In this document: positions 1-9,390 of the stretch, piece after piece
Numbering within the stretch: position 1 is the first letter of the stretch
Layout: each line of letters opens with the position of its first letter
Virus record (IMG/VR): IMGVR_UViG_3300037714_000077
Coordinates: 1-43,449 of that record
Strand: one strand, 5' to 3'
From: a virus
Taxonomy: Duplodnaviria; Caudoviricetes
DNA length: 43,449 bases
Position numbers and translations under genes: made by a program
Notes under the pieces: generated by a model
Told to the model about the DNA's origin: nothing
What the model saw: the letters and a program-made list of their open reading frames with translations, nothing else
The model's database searches: none

Positions 1-37
1 GGGGGGGGGACACACACCAAAGCGAGGAGCCACGAAA

Positions 38-304
38 ATGCAATCGACCGATCTGATCGACCGTCTGCGTGCATGGGCCAGGCGTTACGACCCGCGCTCA
101 CCCGAGCGCACCCTGTTCCTTGCATCAGCTGCCCGGATCGAGGATCTGGAGGGCAGCATCGATGCCGAAGTCACGCGCCGCATGTCGGTTGGGCTGACAG
201 CGGGCGCCATCGAGGAGGCGTTGGGCGGCGATCTCCTGCCGTGGCAGCGGAAGCGGTTGCAGGAGAAAGCCGAAGACACCCCCCCCTCATCTCCTGCGGC
301 ATAG
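38..304 (+). CDS. Hypothetical protein with a C-terminal LGGDLLPWQ motif resembling a terminase adenine-binding (Q) motif
   Basis: GAGGAG RBS upstream; first gene of a tightly packed operon. Confidence 0.6.
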   Translation: MQSTDLIDRLRAWARRYDPRSPERTLFLASAARIEDLEGSIDAEVTRRMSVGLTAGAIEEALGGDLLPWQRKRLQEKAEDTPPSSPAA

Positions 305-305
305 C

Positions 306-545
306 ATGGGACTCCGGCAATTTTTGGCGCGGAGCCTCCTAGCGGCACAAGTGGAGGCGTTGGACCTCAAAGACACTAATCTTCTAATCGTCCGCGGCAT
401 CCCCGTCGACGAAGAGGACGACGTGGGCAAGGTGCTCGTCGTCGCCGTGCCCCATCACGTTCGCATCCTGTTCGCACCGCTCGATTTCCGCGCCGAACAA
501 CTCGACGACGAAACAATGGGCCTGCTCGGTTGGGTCAGGAAATGA
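306..545 (+). CDS. Hypothetical protein
   Basis: Starts 1 nt after the previous stop; ATGA overlap with the next gene. Confidence 0.6.
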   Translation: MGLRQFLARSLLAAQVEALDLKDTNLLIVRGIPVDEEDDVGKVLVVAVPHHVRILFAPLDFRAEQLDDETMGLLGWVRK

Positions 546-1252
546 CGCCGCGCGTGCTCTGCGGCGGCCCGACGCGGGAGGTCAAGTCGCTCGTGTACCA
601 GCTCCACCGGGAGGGGCTGGAGGCGCAGGCGGACGGCTTCGAGGTGGAGGTTCGGCACGAGATCGTGACAGATCCCGGCGGCCACAGGTGGCAGCACGGG
701 AAGATCGAGCGGGTAGCGAAGGTGCGGCAGGCGTTCATGAACGCTGTGTGGCAGCGGTGGGACTACGACATTAACGCCCTGCTCATGGTGGACTCTGACG
801 TGATCCTTGGCCCTGGCGTCCTGAAGCGCATGTGGGAAGTCGAGGCGGACGTTGTCTACGGCGTATATTGGACCCGGTGCGACTGGGGCGGCGAGATGGG
901 CGACTACCCACAAGTTTGGGACATCACGCCGTATGGCTGGACGCAGGACTGCGCCGATGCACTGAAGGCCCCGGGCATCAATGAGGTCGAGGTACTGGGC
1001 GGCGGCGCCTGCACGCTGATCCGCGGGCGAGGATTCGAATCCCGGTACTGGCCGCTGCTCCAGAGCCTCGTCCCCCACAATTCCATGATGGCCGGGGAAG
1101 ATAGGTCGTACTGTCTGGGGCTCGAGTGCCGGGGGATCAGGCAGGTAGCCTTGACGGGACTCAAGATCAGGCATTGCTATACGCTGGCTGACCAGACGAA
1201 GCCGGCGTTGGAGAGGATACGACAGGAGGTGGGCTTGTGCCACCAAGAATGA
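542..1252 (+). CDS. Glycosyltransferase, GT-A fold (GT2-like)
   Basis: LLMVDSDV (DxD) motif, GGGACTLI, and GEDRSYC (ED motif). Confidence 0.75.
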   Translation: MTPRVLCGGPTREVKSLVYQLHREGLEAQADGFEVEVRHEIVTDPGGHRWQHGKIERVAKVRQAFMNAVWQRWDYDINALLMVDSDVILGPGVLKRMWEVEADVVYGVYWTRCDWGGEMGDYPQVWDITPYGWTQDCADALKAPGINEVEVLGGGACTLIRGRGFESRYWPLLQSLVPHNSMMAGEDRSYCLGLECRGIRQVALTGLKIRHCYTLADQTKPALERIRQEVGLCHQE

Positions 1253-1704
1253 GGCCAGCCATCGAGCGGTTCCGGGCCAAGATTCGCCCAGACCCCGACA
1301 CAGGCTGCTGGTTGTGGACCGGGGGTACGCACGAGTTTGGCTACGGCGTTATGGGCGTCGGCAGGCGCGGTCAGGGAACAACCAAAGCACACCGCTGGGC
1401 CTTCGAGCATTTTGTAGGCCCCATCCCTGACGGAATGTTCGTCTGCCATCGCTGCGACGTGCCCGCGTGCGTCAACCCCGACCATCTCTTTCTCGGGACG
1501 CACCTTGACAACGTGCGGGATGCGATCAGCAAGGATCGCCATGCGCGCGGCGAGGTGAATGGCCACGCCAAGCTGACGGCGGATGATGTCCGGGCGATCC
1601 GAGCCGATCGGCGCATTCAACGGGTCGTCGCTGCGGAGTACGGGGTCGCGCGCACCGTGGTGTCGCGGATTCGGTCCGGTACGCGGTGGGGGCACCTGTC
1701 ATGA
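1237..1704 (+). CDS. HNH endonuclease with C-terminal HTH (homing-endonuclease type)
   Basis: CWLWTG...YG...AHR...VCHRCDVPACVNPDHLFLGTHLDN; AKLT followed by an HTH. Confidence 0.92.
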   Translation: MPPRMRPAIERFRAKIRPDPDTGCWLWTGGTHEFGYGVMGVGRRGQGTTKAHRWAFEHFVGPIPDGMFVCHRCDVPACVNPDHLFLGTHLDNVRDAISKDRHARGEVNGHAKLTADDVRAIRADRRIQRVVAAEYGVARTVVSRIRSGTRWGHLS

Positions 1705-2090
1705 GCAGAAAAATAGCCATCGCCGGTTGGCCCCGCACGGGCAAGACTACCCGCGGCAAGTCCATCGCACTTGGTGTGGGTGAGCTCCGTTCCACGGACG
1801 CCCTCAAGGAAGTGGGCGACTGGTCCAAGGAGTCCGAGATCGCCGCGCAGATGTTCAACGAGCCTGCATCGTTCGTGATCGAAGGCATGGTGGTTCCCCG
1901 TGCCCTGCGGAAGTGGCTTGCATCGAATCCGGAGGGCCGGCCGGTCGATGAGGTAATCTGGATGGGCTCGCCGAAGATCGAGACATCGAAGGGTCAGGAT
2001 GCAATGGGCAAGGGTGCGGAGACGGTGATGAGGGAGATCCTGCCAGAGCTACGGAAACGGGGCGTCAACGTGGAGGGATTCGATGGGTGA
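1701..2090 (+). CDS. Small P-loop kinase (adenylate/nucleoside kinase-like)
   Basis: IAIAGWPRTGKTT Walker A, STD, VIEG. Confidence 0.7.
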   Translation: MSRKIAIAGWPRTGKTTRGKSIALGVGELRSTDALKEVGDWSKESEIAAQMFNEPASFVIEGMVVPRALRKWLASNPEGRPVDEVIWMGSPKIETSKGQDAMGKGAETVMREILPELRKRGVNVEGFDG

Positions 2091-2688
2091 CCAGCAGCCG
2101 CGCTGGACAGGAAGGGCCGCGAGGTACGCAGAGGCGCTGGGGTTCGATCCCGACACGGGCGAAAAGACTGAGGCCCGCCTTCCCGTTTGGGACCAGGAAG
2201 CGTCCGCACCCGAGCAGGTCGAGCTCCTGTGCGCCCTGATTCGCTGCCAGAGGCCCGAGATACTGGTCGAGGCGGGCACGTATCGGGGCCATGCGGCCTA
2301 CCATATCGGCAAAGTGCTGCAATCGCTCGACTTTGGGCACCTCCACACCGCTGACCCGGTGCCAAACGGTCAGATGGCCACACTTTCAGGGTTCAAGCGG
2401 GTCACATTCTACCCGCGGGACTTCCTGAAGGTGCTGGAAGGCATCCCGGCGGTCGATTTCGCCTATATCGACGCCTCGGATCACAGCAAACCGGGCGGCG
2501 CGGGGCTCCGGTGGCTCCATTTCGAGGCCGTGCGGGCGAAATTGAGGCCGGGAGGCATCATCTGCGTCGATGACACGGCGGCCGATGACTGGAACGACGG
2601 CGAGGGAGGGCTTTCCGTGCATAGAATCCGCGACCTGTGCCTGAATTTCACGTTCCTGCGCGGCCTTTCGGTGTTCACATGCACCTGA
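2083..2688 (+). CDS. Class I SAM-dependent methyltransferase (Methyltransf_24-like)
   Basis: LVEAGTYRG, DFAYIDASDH, LRPGGIICVDD. Confidence 0.85.
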   Translation: MGDQQPRWTGRAARYAEALGFDPDTGEKTEARLPVWDQEASAPEQVELLCALIRCQRPEILVEAGTYRGHAAYHIGKVLQSLDFGHLHTADPVPNGQMATLSGFKRVTFYPRDFLKVLEGIPAVDFAYIDASDHSKPGGAGLRWLHFEAVRAKLRPGGIICVDDTAADDWNDGEGGLSVHRIRDLCLNFTFLRGLSVFTCT

Positions 2689-3380
2689 CCATCGCCACCA
2701 TCGTGAGAAACGAGGCCGACCGCTTCCTCCCCTCTGCACTGGAGGCGTGGAAGTCGTTTGCCGACCGCATCGTGGTCGTTGACGATGGGTCTGACGATGG
2801 CACGGCGGACCTGTGCATGGAGGCGGGCTGCGAAGTTTACCGCCATCGTGCGATTATGTTCGGTGAGGAATGGCTAGCTCGTCGCAAACTCTGGCGACTC
2901 GCGACGTTCAACGCCGACTGGGTGTTCTGGCTCGACGGCGATCAGGTGCCTTCGAGCGACCCGCGCCCTCACCTGAAAGCGCCCGTATCCCTGTTCCGCC
3001 TCTACGACCTCTGGAGCGAGAGCGAGTACCGTGAGGATGCATGGTGGACGGGACATCTGCGCTGCTGGTGGCCCGCAGTCCATGTCCCGTCATTGCCCGA
3101 GGGCTTCCGCGATGAATGGCCGGAGCGCGGCTGGCATTCAGGGCATGTGCCGATGAACGTGCCGGGGCCAAAGCATCCGGTGAACGGCTGCGCGATTCTG
3201 CACTATGCGTACTCGAGCCCCGAACTGCGCGAGCAGAAAGCCCGCATGTACGAGGAACTGGCGCCGCACCTGACCGGAGCGGAGCGGTTCCATGCGCGGA
3301 CCATTCTGACGCCGAATCCTGTAGTGAAACCTCTCCCAATGGAGCCAAAATGGAGACTTCAGGTAGGAGCAAAAACATGA
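2679..3380 (+). CDS. Glycosyltransferase family 2
   Basis: IVRNEADRFL, VVVDDGSDDGT, WVFWLDGDQ, ILHYAY. Confidence 0.88.
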   Translation: MHLTIATIVRNEADRFLPSALEAWKSFADRIVVVDDGSDDGTADLCMEAGCEVYRHRAIMFGEEWLARRKLWRLATFNADWVFWLDGDQVPSSDPRPHLKAPVSLFRLYDLWSESEYREDAWWTGHLRCWWPAVHVPSLPEGFRDEWPERGWHSGHVPMNVPGPKHPVNGCAILHYAYSSPELREQKARMYEELAPHLTGAERFHARTILTPNPVVKPLPMEPKWRLQVGAKT

Positions 3381-3736
3381 TCGACAAAGATCGAAGAATA
3401 GGCAGAACTCAACAGATGTTGGAGAAAGCGGTCGCTGATGACGGCGCTTGCGTGTTCGTGGTGGCCCACTCGCAGGCCTACGCCGCCGATCTCGGACGCC
3501 GGCTTCTGGATATGATACCCGAGGGAAAGCTCCGGCCCGGCGTGTTGCTGCGGCCAGACGGCCGTCGCGTTGTGCTACTGACGGCCACGGACTCGCCCGA
3601 GCGAATTGCGGGGCTTCGCGGCCGGCATTACGTGGACCACGCCGTCTGGGAGTTGGTGGGGCCGCGAGACGACCTGTTCCGCGAACTAAGACTCGCGGAA
3701 TCTGTAGCCGATCGCGATGCCCGAAGTCATCCCTGA
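3377..3736 (+). CDS. Miniature degenerate terminase-ATPase-like protein
   Basis: RRIGRT / VFVVAHS / TATDSPERIAGL / VDHA are collinear with TerL RRVGKT / VLVTAPS / TARADSPESLQGI / VDEA. Confidence 0.65.
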   Translation: MIDKDRRIGRTQQMLEKAVADDGACVFVVAHSQAYAADLGRRLLDMIPEGKLRPGVLLRPDGRRVVLLTATDSPERIAGLRGRHYVDHAVWELVGPRDDLFRELRLAESVADRDARSHP

Positions 3737-5132
3737 CCTGACCGAGGCCATCGCCACCTTCCGGCACGATCCGGCGGTATTCCTGCGGGTCATGCTGGGC
3801 GTGGAGCGGCCGGAGGATCACCAACTCGAGGTCATGCGCGGCGTTGCTGCTGGCGAGAGACGTGTGTCCATGCGATCCGGGCGGCGAGTCGGGAAAACCG
3901 CGCTGCTGGACTGGCTCTCGATCTGGTATCCCATGACGCGGCCGGATGCCAGAGTACTAGTAACCGCTCCGTCATCGGCCCAGCTCGAGGACGCCTACAT
4001 CCCCGGCTTCCGGCAGTGGGCGCAGAATCTTCCGCCCGAGATCTACCAAATGTGGAGCATCACCGCCGATCGCTTCGTGTTCCGCATGGTTGAGCAGCAG
4101 GGATTCGAGAACTTCGTCACAGTCAGAACCGCCAGAGCAGATTCCCCCGAATCCCTGCAAGGCATCAACGCCGAAAACGTCTTGGTGCTGGTCGATGAGG
4201 CCGCGGGCGTTGCGGACATTAACTTCGAGGCGATCTCCGGCTCGCTGGCGGCCGAAAAGGCGTGTCTGGTCCTGACCGGCAACCCAAACCGGCCCACGGG
4301 CTACTTCTACGAGACGCACACCCGTCTCGCCGACCACTGGCACACGGTCCACGTCAATTCCGAGGAATCGCGGCTCGTTTCCCCCGAATGGATCGAGGAG
4401 TGCCAGATCAAGTGGGGGCGGGACTCCAACGCCTACCGGATTCACGTTCTCGGCGAGTTCCCGACCGATGAGGAGGATACGGTCATCCCCGTGCATCTGG
4501 TCGAGGCGGCACGCGGACGGGATGTTCACCCCTTCGGCACGGTTGTCTGGGGCGTCGACGTGGCGCGGTTCGGAAGTGACAAGACGGCGCTCTGCAAGCG
4601 CCAGCGGAACGCCGTCATCGAGCCGGTCAGGGTGTGGGACAAGAAGGACACAATGGAGGTCGTCGGCATCATCCAGAACGAGTGGAACGTGACTCCCACG
4701 CAGATGCGGCCGACCGACATCTTCGTGGACTCGATCGGCGTCGGCGGCGGTGTGGCGGATAGGCTCCGGGAACTGGGCCTGCCGGCCGTCGACGTGAACG
4801 TCTCCGAACTGCCCGCCAACCCCGGAAGCCTCGGGGACCGCCTCCGGGACGACCTGTGGCTCCAGGTACGCGCATGGCTGGAGGGCCGGGACGTGTCCCT
4901 GCCGGCGAATGACGAGAGACTCCGGGCCGAACTGATTATGCCCCGCATCGGCTACACGTCGACCGGCAAGATTAAGGTCGAATCCAAGGATAAGATGCGG
5001 TCCCGTGGGAAAGCCTCGCCAAACGCGGGCGACGCGCTCTGCCTCACGTTCAGCGGCGCAATGGCGACCACGATGGGCAAGAGGTTCGACCGCAAAGTGG
5101 CCATTAAACGCAACATAAGGGGGATTGTATGA
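3717..5132 (+). CDS. terL: Terminase large subunit
   Basis: Walker A SGRRVGKT, Walker B VLVDEA, TGNP, nuclease GVDVARFGSD, VDSIGVGGGV, SPNAGDAL. Confidence 0.96.
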   Translation: MPEVIPDLTEAIATFRHDPAVFLRVMLGVERPEDHQLEVMRGVAAGERRVSMRSGRRVGKTALLDWLSIWYPMTRPDARVLVTAPSSAQLEDAYIPGFRQWAQNLPPEIYQMWSITADRFVFRMVEQQGFENFVTVRTARADSPESLQGINAENVLVLVDEAAGVADINFEAISGSLAAEKACLVLTGNPNRPTGYFYETHTRLADHWHTVHVNSEESRLVSPEWIEECQIKWGRDSNAYRIHVLGEFPTDEEDTVIPVHLVEAARGRDVHPFGTVVWGVDVARFGSDKTALCKRQRNAVIEPVRVWDKKDTMEVVGIIQNEWNVTPTQMRPTDIFVDSIGVGGGVADRLRELGLPAVDVNVSELPANPGSLGDRLRDDLWLQVRAWLEGRDVSLPANDERLRAELIMPRIGYTSTGKIKVESKDKMRSRGKASPNAGDALCLTFSGAMATTMGKRFDRKVAIKRNIRGIV

Positions 5133-5497
5133 GTGCGCTCGGTCTGCTTGTACTGGCAGTGTTCTGCATGGGACTTATCGGCGGGTTCGGCTGGCAGCAC
5201 GTTGCAACGGACTTGAAGCGCCTGCTGATGTGGTTGGCTCGGCGGGGCGTGCCGGTTCGTGCGGCGTGGTGCTACGACTGCGGGCGTCAGTACGGGGACC
5301 AGTTCGGCTTCCCTGACCTCGTGGTGCCACATCGCGTGTGGTTGAAGATCAGCCCAAACGGTCACGAGGGCGACCGGCTCTGTCCGTCCTGCATGTGCAA
5401 GCGAGCGTACATGGCAGGTATCGACAGCGAGGCGCGGTTCATGAGCGGCCCGTTCAACGCCGATGGTCCGTGGGATCTCATTGGCAACCGACTCTAA
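5129..5497 (+). CDS. Hypothetical protein with N-terminal TM and Zn-finger
   Basis: Hydrophobic N-terminus, CYDC...CPSC; ATGA overlap with terL. Confidence 0.65.
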   Translation: MSALGLLVLAVFCMGLIGGFGWQHVATDLKRLLMWLARRGVPVRAAWCYDCGRQYGDQFGFPDLVVPHRVWLKISPNGHEGDRLCPSCMCKRAYMAGIDSEARFMSGPFNADGPWDLIGNRL

Positions 5498-5506
5498 GGA
5501 GGAGAG

Positions 5507-5776
5507 ATGAGCGAAACAATACGGGACGCGTGGGTCGTGGACGTATCGCAGGAGAACGGACGGGTTGTCGATATTGTGAAGGGCGTGGTGGAGCGGTGGG
5601 CCAACTCTGAGAGCCCTCCCGCTGTCGTGATGGTGGATACTGCGGGGATTGGTGCGGCCGTGGCGGATAGGTTGATGGAACTAGGGGTGCCTTGTCAGCC
5701 GTTTCGCCACGCTGCCGACCTCGACGACACTAACTATCTTGTGCGCGTGCTGACGAAGGCGCTGCGGGCCGTATGA
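5507..5776 (+). CDS. Miniature terminase-nuclease-like protein
   Basis: AAGGAGG RBS; VMVDTAGIGAAVADRLMELGVP matches TerL IFVDSIGVGGGVADRLRELGLP. Confidence 0.7.
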   Translation: MSETIRDAWVVDVSQENGRVVDIVKGVVERWANSESPPAVVMVDTAGIGAAVADRLMELGVPCQPFRHAADLDDTNYLVRVLTKALRAV

Positions 5777-5815
5777 CCTAAGTAGCCATATTAAGCGGAA
5801 TATCAGGGGGATCGT

Positions 5816-5998
5816 ATGAATGAGCTGTCAGTTCATGAGCGCCTGATGCGGGGCGAGGTAGTGCGGGCCGGCAGTCGGTTGTACGCGCGTTGCGCGACGT
5901 GCCTGAACATCGTCCGCATCAACAAGCCGATCGTCGGGGATTGGCACTTCTGCCTGACAGATGAGGAAATCGCCGCTCAGAGGTCGAAATCTGCCTAG
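5816..5998 (+). CDS. Small hypothetical protein, possible Zn-binding
   Basis: CATC...HFC; AGGGGG RBS. Confidence 0.55.
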   Translation: MNELSVHERLMRGEVVRAGSRLYARCATCLNIVRINKPIVGDWHFCLTDEEIAAQRSKSA

Positions 5999-6001
5999 TT
6001 T

Positions 6002-6020
6002 CCGGACACTCTGTCCGGAT
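6002..6020. promoter_or_regulatory. Perfect inverted repeat upstream of the portal gene
   Basis: TCCGGACA-CTC-TGTCCGGA in intergenic DNA. Confidence 0.45.
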
Positions 6021-6073
6021 TCCGTACAACTTTCCCTTGCATCGGCCATATAAGGCCCCCTACCTATGGGGGT

Positions 6074-8152
6074 ATGGTGGCATCACAGGCGCCCCAAGCC
6101 ATAGACGCTACGGCCCTCAAGGGCATATTGCGCTCGGAAGTCGAGGCCGCGATCGACTTCATCGAGAGCGACATCGGCCCCGATCGCGCCGAATCCACGA
6201 AATACTACCGTGGCGACCCGCTCGGCAATGAGGAGGAGGGTCGGAGCCAGATCGTGACCCGGGACGTGCGGGATGCGGTCCGGCAAACCCTGCCATCGCT
6301 GGTCGAGGTGTTTCTGGGCAGTGAGCGGGCGAATGAGTTCGTGCCGCACGGCCCGGAGGACGTGGCGCAGGCCGAACAGGCTACGGATTACATCCTCTAC
6401 ATTATCAACAACGACAACCCCGGTGTTTCCGTCTTTTACTCCGCACTGAAGGACTCCCTCTACAATAAGGCCGGCATCGTCAAGTGGTGGCGGGATGACA
6501 GTTACAAGGTCACGCACCACAGCTTTTCCGGCCTGAACGATGTTGCTTTGGGGCTCTTGCTGGAGGGCGAGCCGGGCGTCGAGCTGGTGGAGTTGGTGAG
6601 CGAAGTAGACGAAGCGCTGGGCGAGGAGATGATCGCCCTCGCTCTCATGCAGGGGATGGAACTGCCGCAAGTCCACTCCGGGCGCGTCAAGCGGGTCGTG
6701 AAGGGCCAGCGGTTCCGCATCGCGGCAGTCCCGCCCGAGGAGTTCCTGATTGATCGGAACGCTCGAGACATCGATACCGCGACCTACGTCGGCCACCGCT
6801 GCCTGACGTCCTACACGGATCTGGTCGCGATGGGCTACGAGCCGGATCTGGTGGAAAGCGCACTGGACCCCGCCGCAACGCTTACGACCGCGATGGAGGT
6901 GACGGAGCGCTACAACAACCGTGGCGGCTTCCGTCCCTTCGACACGAAGAACAAGGGCGAGCGGAAAGCCCTGTACGTCGAGAGCTACATCCGCGTTGAC
7001 GTCGATGGGGACGGGATCTCCGAACTGCGGAAGTTCTGCACGCTGGGCGAAGCCTACGAAATCGTGAACGGGGACGGGTTCGGTGAGCCGGTCGATGAGC
7101 GTCCGTTCGCCGCGTTCTGCCCCGACCCCGAGCCGCACATGTTCTTCGGCGACGATCTGGCCGACCAGATCAAGGACATCCAGCGCATCCGCACCAATGT
7201 CACAAGAGCCATGCTCGATTCACTGGCGCTCGCGATCCACCCCCGCATGGGGGTGGTCGAGGGTCAGGTCAACATCGAGGACGCGCTGAACACCGAGATG
7301 GGCGCGATCATCCGCATGAACCAGATCGGCATGGCGGCTCCGTTTACCGTCCCCTTCGTCGGCAAGGAAGCCCTCCAGATCATCGAGCACCTGAAGGGCG
7401 AGAGAGATTCCCGTCTGGGGCTGCACAACATGGCGATGGAGGCCGACGCGCTCCAGTCCACCACGAAAGCTGCAGTGACGGCGCAGGAACGGGCGGCGAC
7501 TCAAAACCTCAAGATGATGGCCCGCCTCTATGCCGAGACGGGCTTCAAGCGCCTCATGAAGGGCCTCTTGCGGCTGGTCGTCGCCCATCAGGATCAGCCC
7601 CGCATGGTCCGGCTCCGAAATACATGGGTCGAGGTGGACCCCAGATCATGGAACGCCGACATGGACGTATCCGTGAACGTCGGGCTGGGCTATGGCATGA
7701 CCGAGGACCGGATCGCTTCCCTGCGCGAGATACTGGCCTTCCAGCGGGAAGTCCTGACCACAATGGGGCCGAACAACCCGATCGTCTCACTGGGCCAGTT
7801 GACGAACACCGTGACCAAGTTCGCCGAGATGAGCGGCTGGAAGGATTCGAGCCTGTTTATCAACCGCCTGCCGGCCGACTTCCAAGCTCCAGAGCCGCCG
7901 CCCAAGCCGTCGCCCGAGGAACTGTTGGCGCAGGTCGAGATGCAGAAGATCAACGCCGACATGGGCGTCGATGCGGCACGTCTCGACCTCGACCGCGACA
8001 AGTTGTTCGCCGACATCCTGCTACGGGCGGCGGACATCGAGGCCAGGTACTCGACGGCGGTCGATGTGGCGTCGATCAAGGCCAGCATCGAGACCGACCG
8101 GCTCCAGCGAGCGGAAAAGGCGGCGCCAGCGGCAGGGACCAATGGACGTTGA
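6074..8152 (+). CDS. Portal protein (P22-like)
   Basis: 692 aa; YYRGDPLGNEEEGRSQIV, VPPEEFLID, C-terminal coiled-coil barrel; follows terL. Confidence 0.92.
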   Translation: MVASQAPQAIDATALKGILRSEVEAAIDFIESDIGPDRAESTKYYRGDPLGNEEEGRSQIVTRDVRDAVRQTLPSLVEVFLGSERANEFVPHGPEDVAQAEQATDYILYIINNDNPGVSVFYSALKDSLYNKAGIVKWWRDDSYKVTHHSFSGLNDVALGLLLEGEPGVELVELVSEVDEALGEEMIALALMQGMELPQVHSGRVKRVVKGQRFRIAAVPPEEFLIDRNARDIDTATYVGHRCLTSYTDLVAMGYEPDLVESALDPAATLTTAMEVTERYNNRGGFRPFDTKNKGERKALYVESYIRVDVDGDGISELRKFCTLGEAYEIVNGDGFGEPVDERPFAAFCPDPEPHMFFGDDLADQIKDIQRIRTNVTRAMLDSLALAIHPRMGVVEGQVNIEDALNTEMGAIIRMNQIGMAAPFTVPFVGKEALQIIEHLKGERDSRLGLHNMAMEADALQSTTKAAVTAQERAATQNLKMMARLYAETGFKRLMKGLLRLVVAHQDQPRMVRLRNTWVEVDPRSWNADMDVSVNVGLGYGMTEDRIASLREILAFQREVLTTMGPNNPIVSLGQLTNTVTKFAEMSGWKDSSLFINRLPADFQAPEPPPKPSPEELLAQVEMQKINADMGVDAARLDLDRDKLFADILLRAADIEARYSTAVDVASIKASIETDRLQRAEKAAPAAGTNGR

Positions 8153-8387
8153 AACGAAGGCCGACCGCGCCGCGCAAGTCCTCTCGAACGAGGTCTATCA
8201 GGAAGCGGTCGCAGGTGCGAAGCAGAGACTCAAGGACTCGTGGGCCGCAGCAGACGACCCCGTACAGCGGGACGCGCTGTGGCACGAACTGAAGGCGATA
8301 GAAGCAGTCACCCGAGAGCTGACGATCATCCGTGACAACGGCATCGTAGCTCGCCATCGAAGCGAAAAGGAGGCCACACGTGCCTGA
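8142..8387 (+). CDS. Small conserved head-module protein
   Basis: Helical 81-aa ORF overlapping the portal and scaffold genes. Confidence 0.7.
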   Translation: MDVETKADRAAQVLSNEVYQEAVAGAKQRLKDSWAAADDPVQRDALWHELKAIEAVTRELTIIRDNGIVARHRSEKEATRA

Positions 8388-9387
8388 GCAGACGACCACC
8401 CCTCCACAGAGGGAGTCACAGCCGCGCACGGACTGGGACATCGGCAAGCGCATGAACAGTCTTTTCTCGCAGGGAGAAGACCCCGCCGATGAGCAGGACC
8501 TCGAGACCGACGACGCCCCCGATGAGGGCACGGCGCCAGAGGACGAGGAGCAGGACGAGGAAGCGTCTGGTGGTGAGGACGCGGACCCGGAGGACGAGGA
8601 AACTTCCACTGCGGCGTTCAAGCTCCCGCTGAAGGTGAGCGGGAAGGAGATCGTCATCGAATCGCAGGAGGAAGCAATCGAACTCGCCCAGAAGGGGATG
8701 CACTACACCCAGGAGATGCAGAGGCTGCGTGATGAGCAGCAGAAGTGGACGGAAACGCGAGAGCAGGAGCGAGGCGGTCTGCGTCAGCAGGTGGACCAGT
8801 ACAAGTCGGCCCTTCAGTCGCTGCACGATACCTACGGATTCGTGCTCGGCAAGGAAGCGCCGGACTGGGCATCGACTGACATGCAGAAGCTCAGGACGGA
8901 GAAGCCCAATGATTATCTGGCTCTCCGTGAGCAGTGGGACCAGATGGGCGCCATCCGCACCGAACTTTCGCGCATCGAGCAGGAGAACCAGAAGGAATCC
9001 GAGAAGCAGTTCAAATCATGGGTCACGAAGGAACAGGCGGCACTCGCTGAGAAGCGGCCCGAATGGACCGACGCGACCCGAAGGCAACAGGACTGGGGCC
9101 TGATCCAGAGCTATGCCGCAGAGCAGGGCATATCGGATCAGGAAATCAGCAACCTGTACGACCACCGCTTCTGGATGATCCTGCACGACGCCGCCCGCTA
9201 CAGGCAGGCCGAGGCCGCCGGCAAGAAGAAGGTCGCAGCCACTACGAGGACGGTGGAGCCCGGTTCCGGAAAGAACGTGAACCAGGGCGAGCGGCGTTTC
9301 CGTCAGGAGCGCTCCCGTCTGAAAGAGTCGGGCGACGTTCGGGCAGCCGGCAACATTCTCCAGGAACTCATGACCAGAAAGAAATAG
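8380..9387 (+). CDS. Capsid scaffolding protein
   Basis: Acidic disordered N-terminus, coiled coil, LxDAARY near the C-terminus; directly precedes the capsid gene. Confidence 0.85.
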   Translation: MPEQTTTPPQRESQPRTDWDIGKRMNSLFSQGEDPADEQDLETDDAPDEGTAPEDEEQDEEASGGEDADPEDEETSTAAFKLPLKVSGKEIVIESQEEAIELAQKGMHYTQEMQRLRDEQQKWTETREQERGGLRQQVDQYKSALQSLHDTYGFVLGKEAPDWASTDMQKLRTEKPNDYLALREQWDQMGAIRTELSRIEQENQKESEKQFKSWVTKEQAALAEKRPEWTDATRRQQDWGLIQSYAAEQGISDQEISNLYDHRFWMILHDAARYRQAEAAGKKKVAATTRTVEPGSGKNVNQGERRFRQERSRLKESGDVRAAGNILQELMTRKK

Positions 9388-9390
9388 ATC

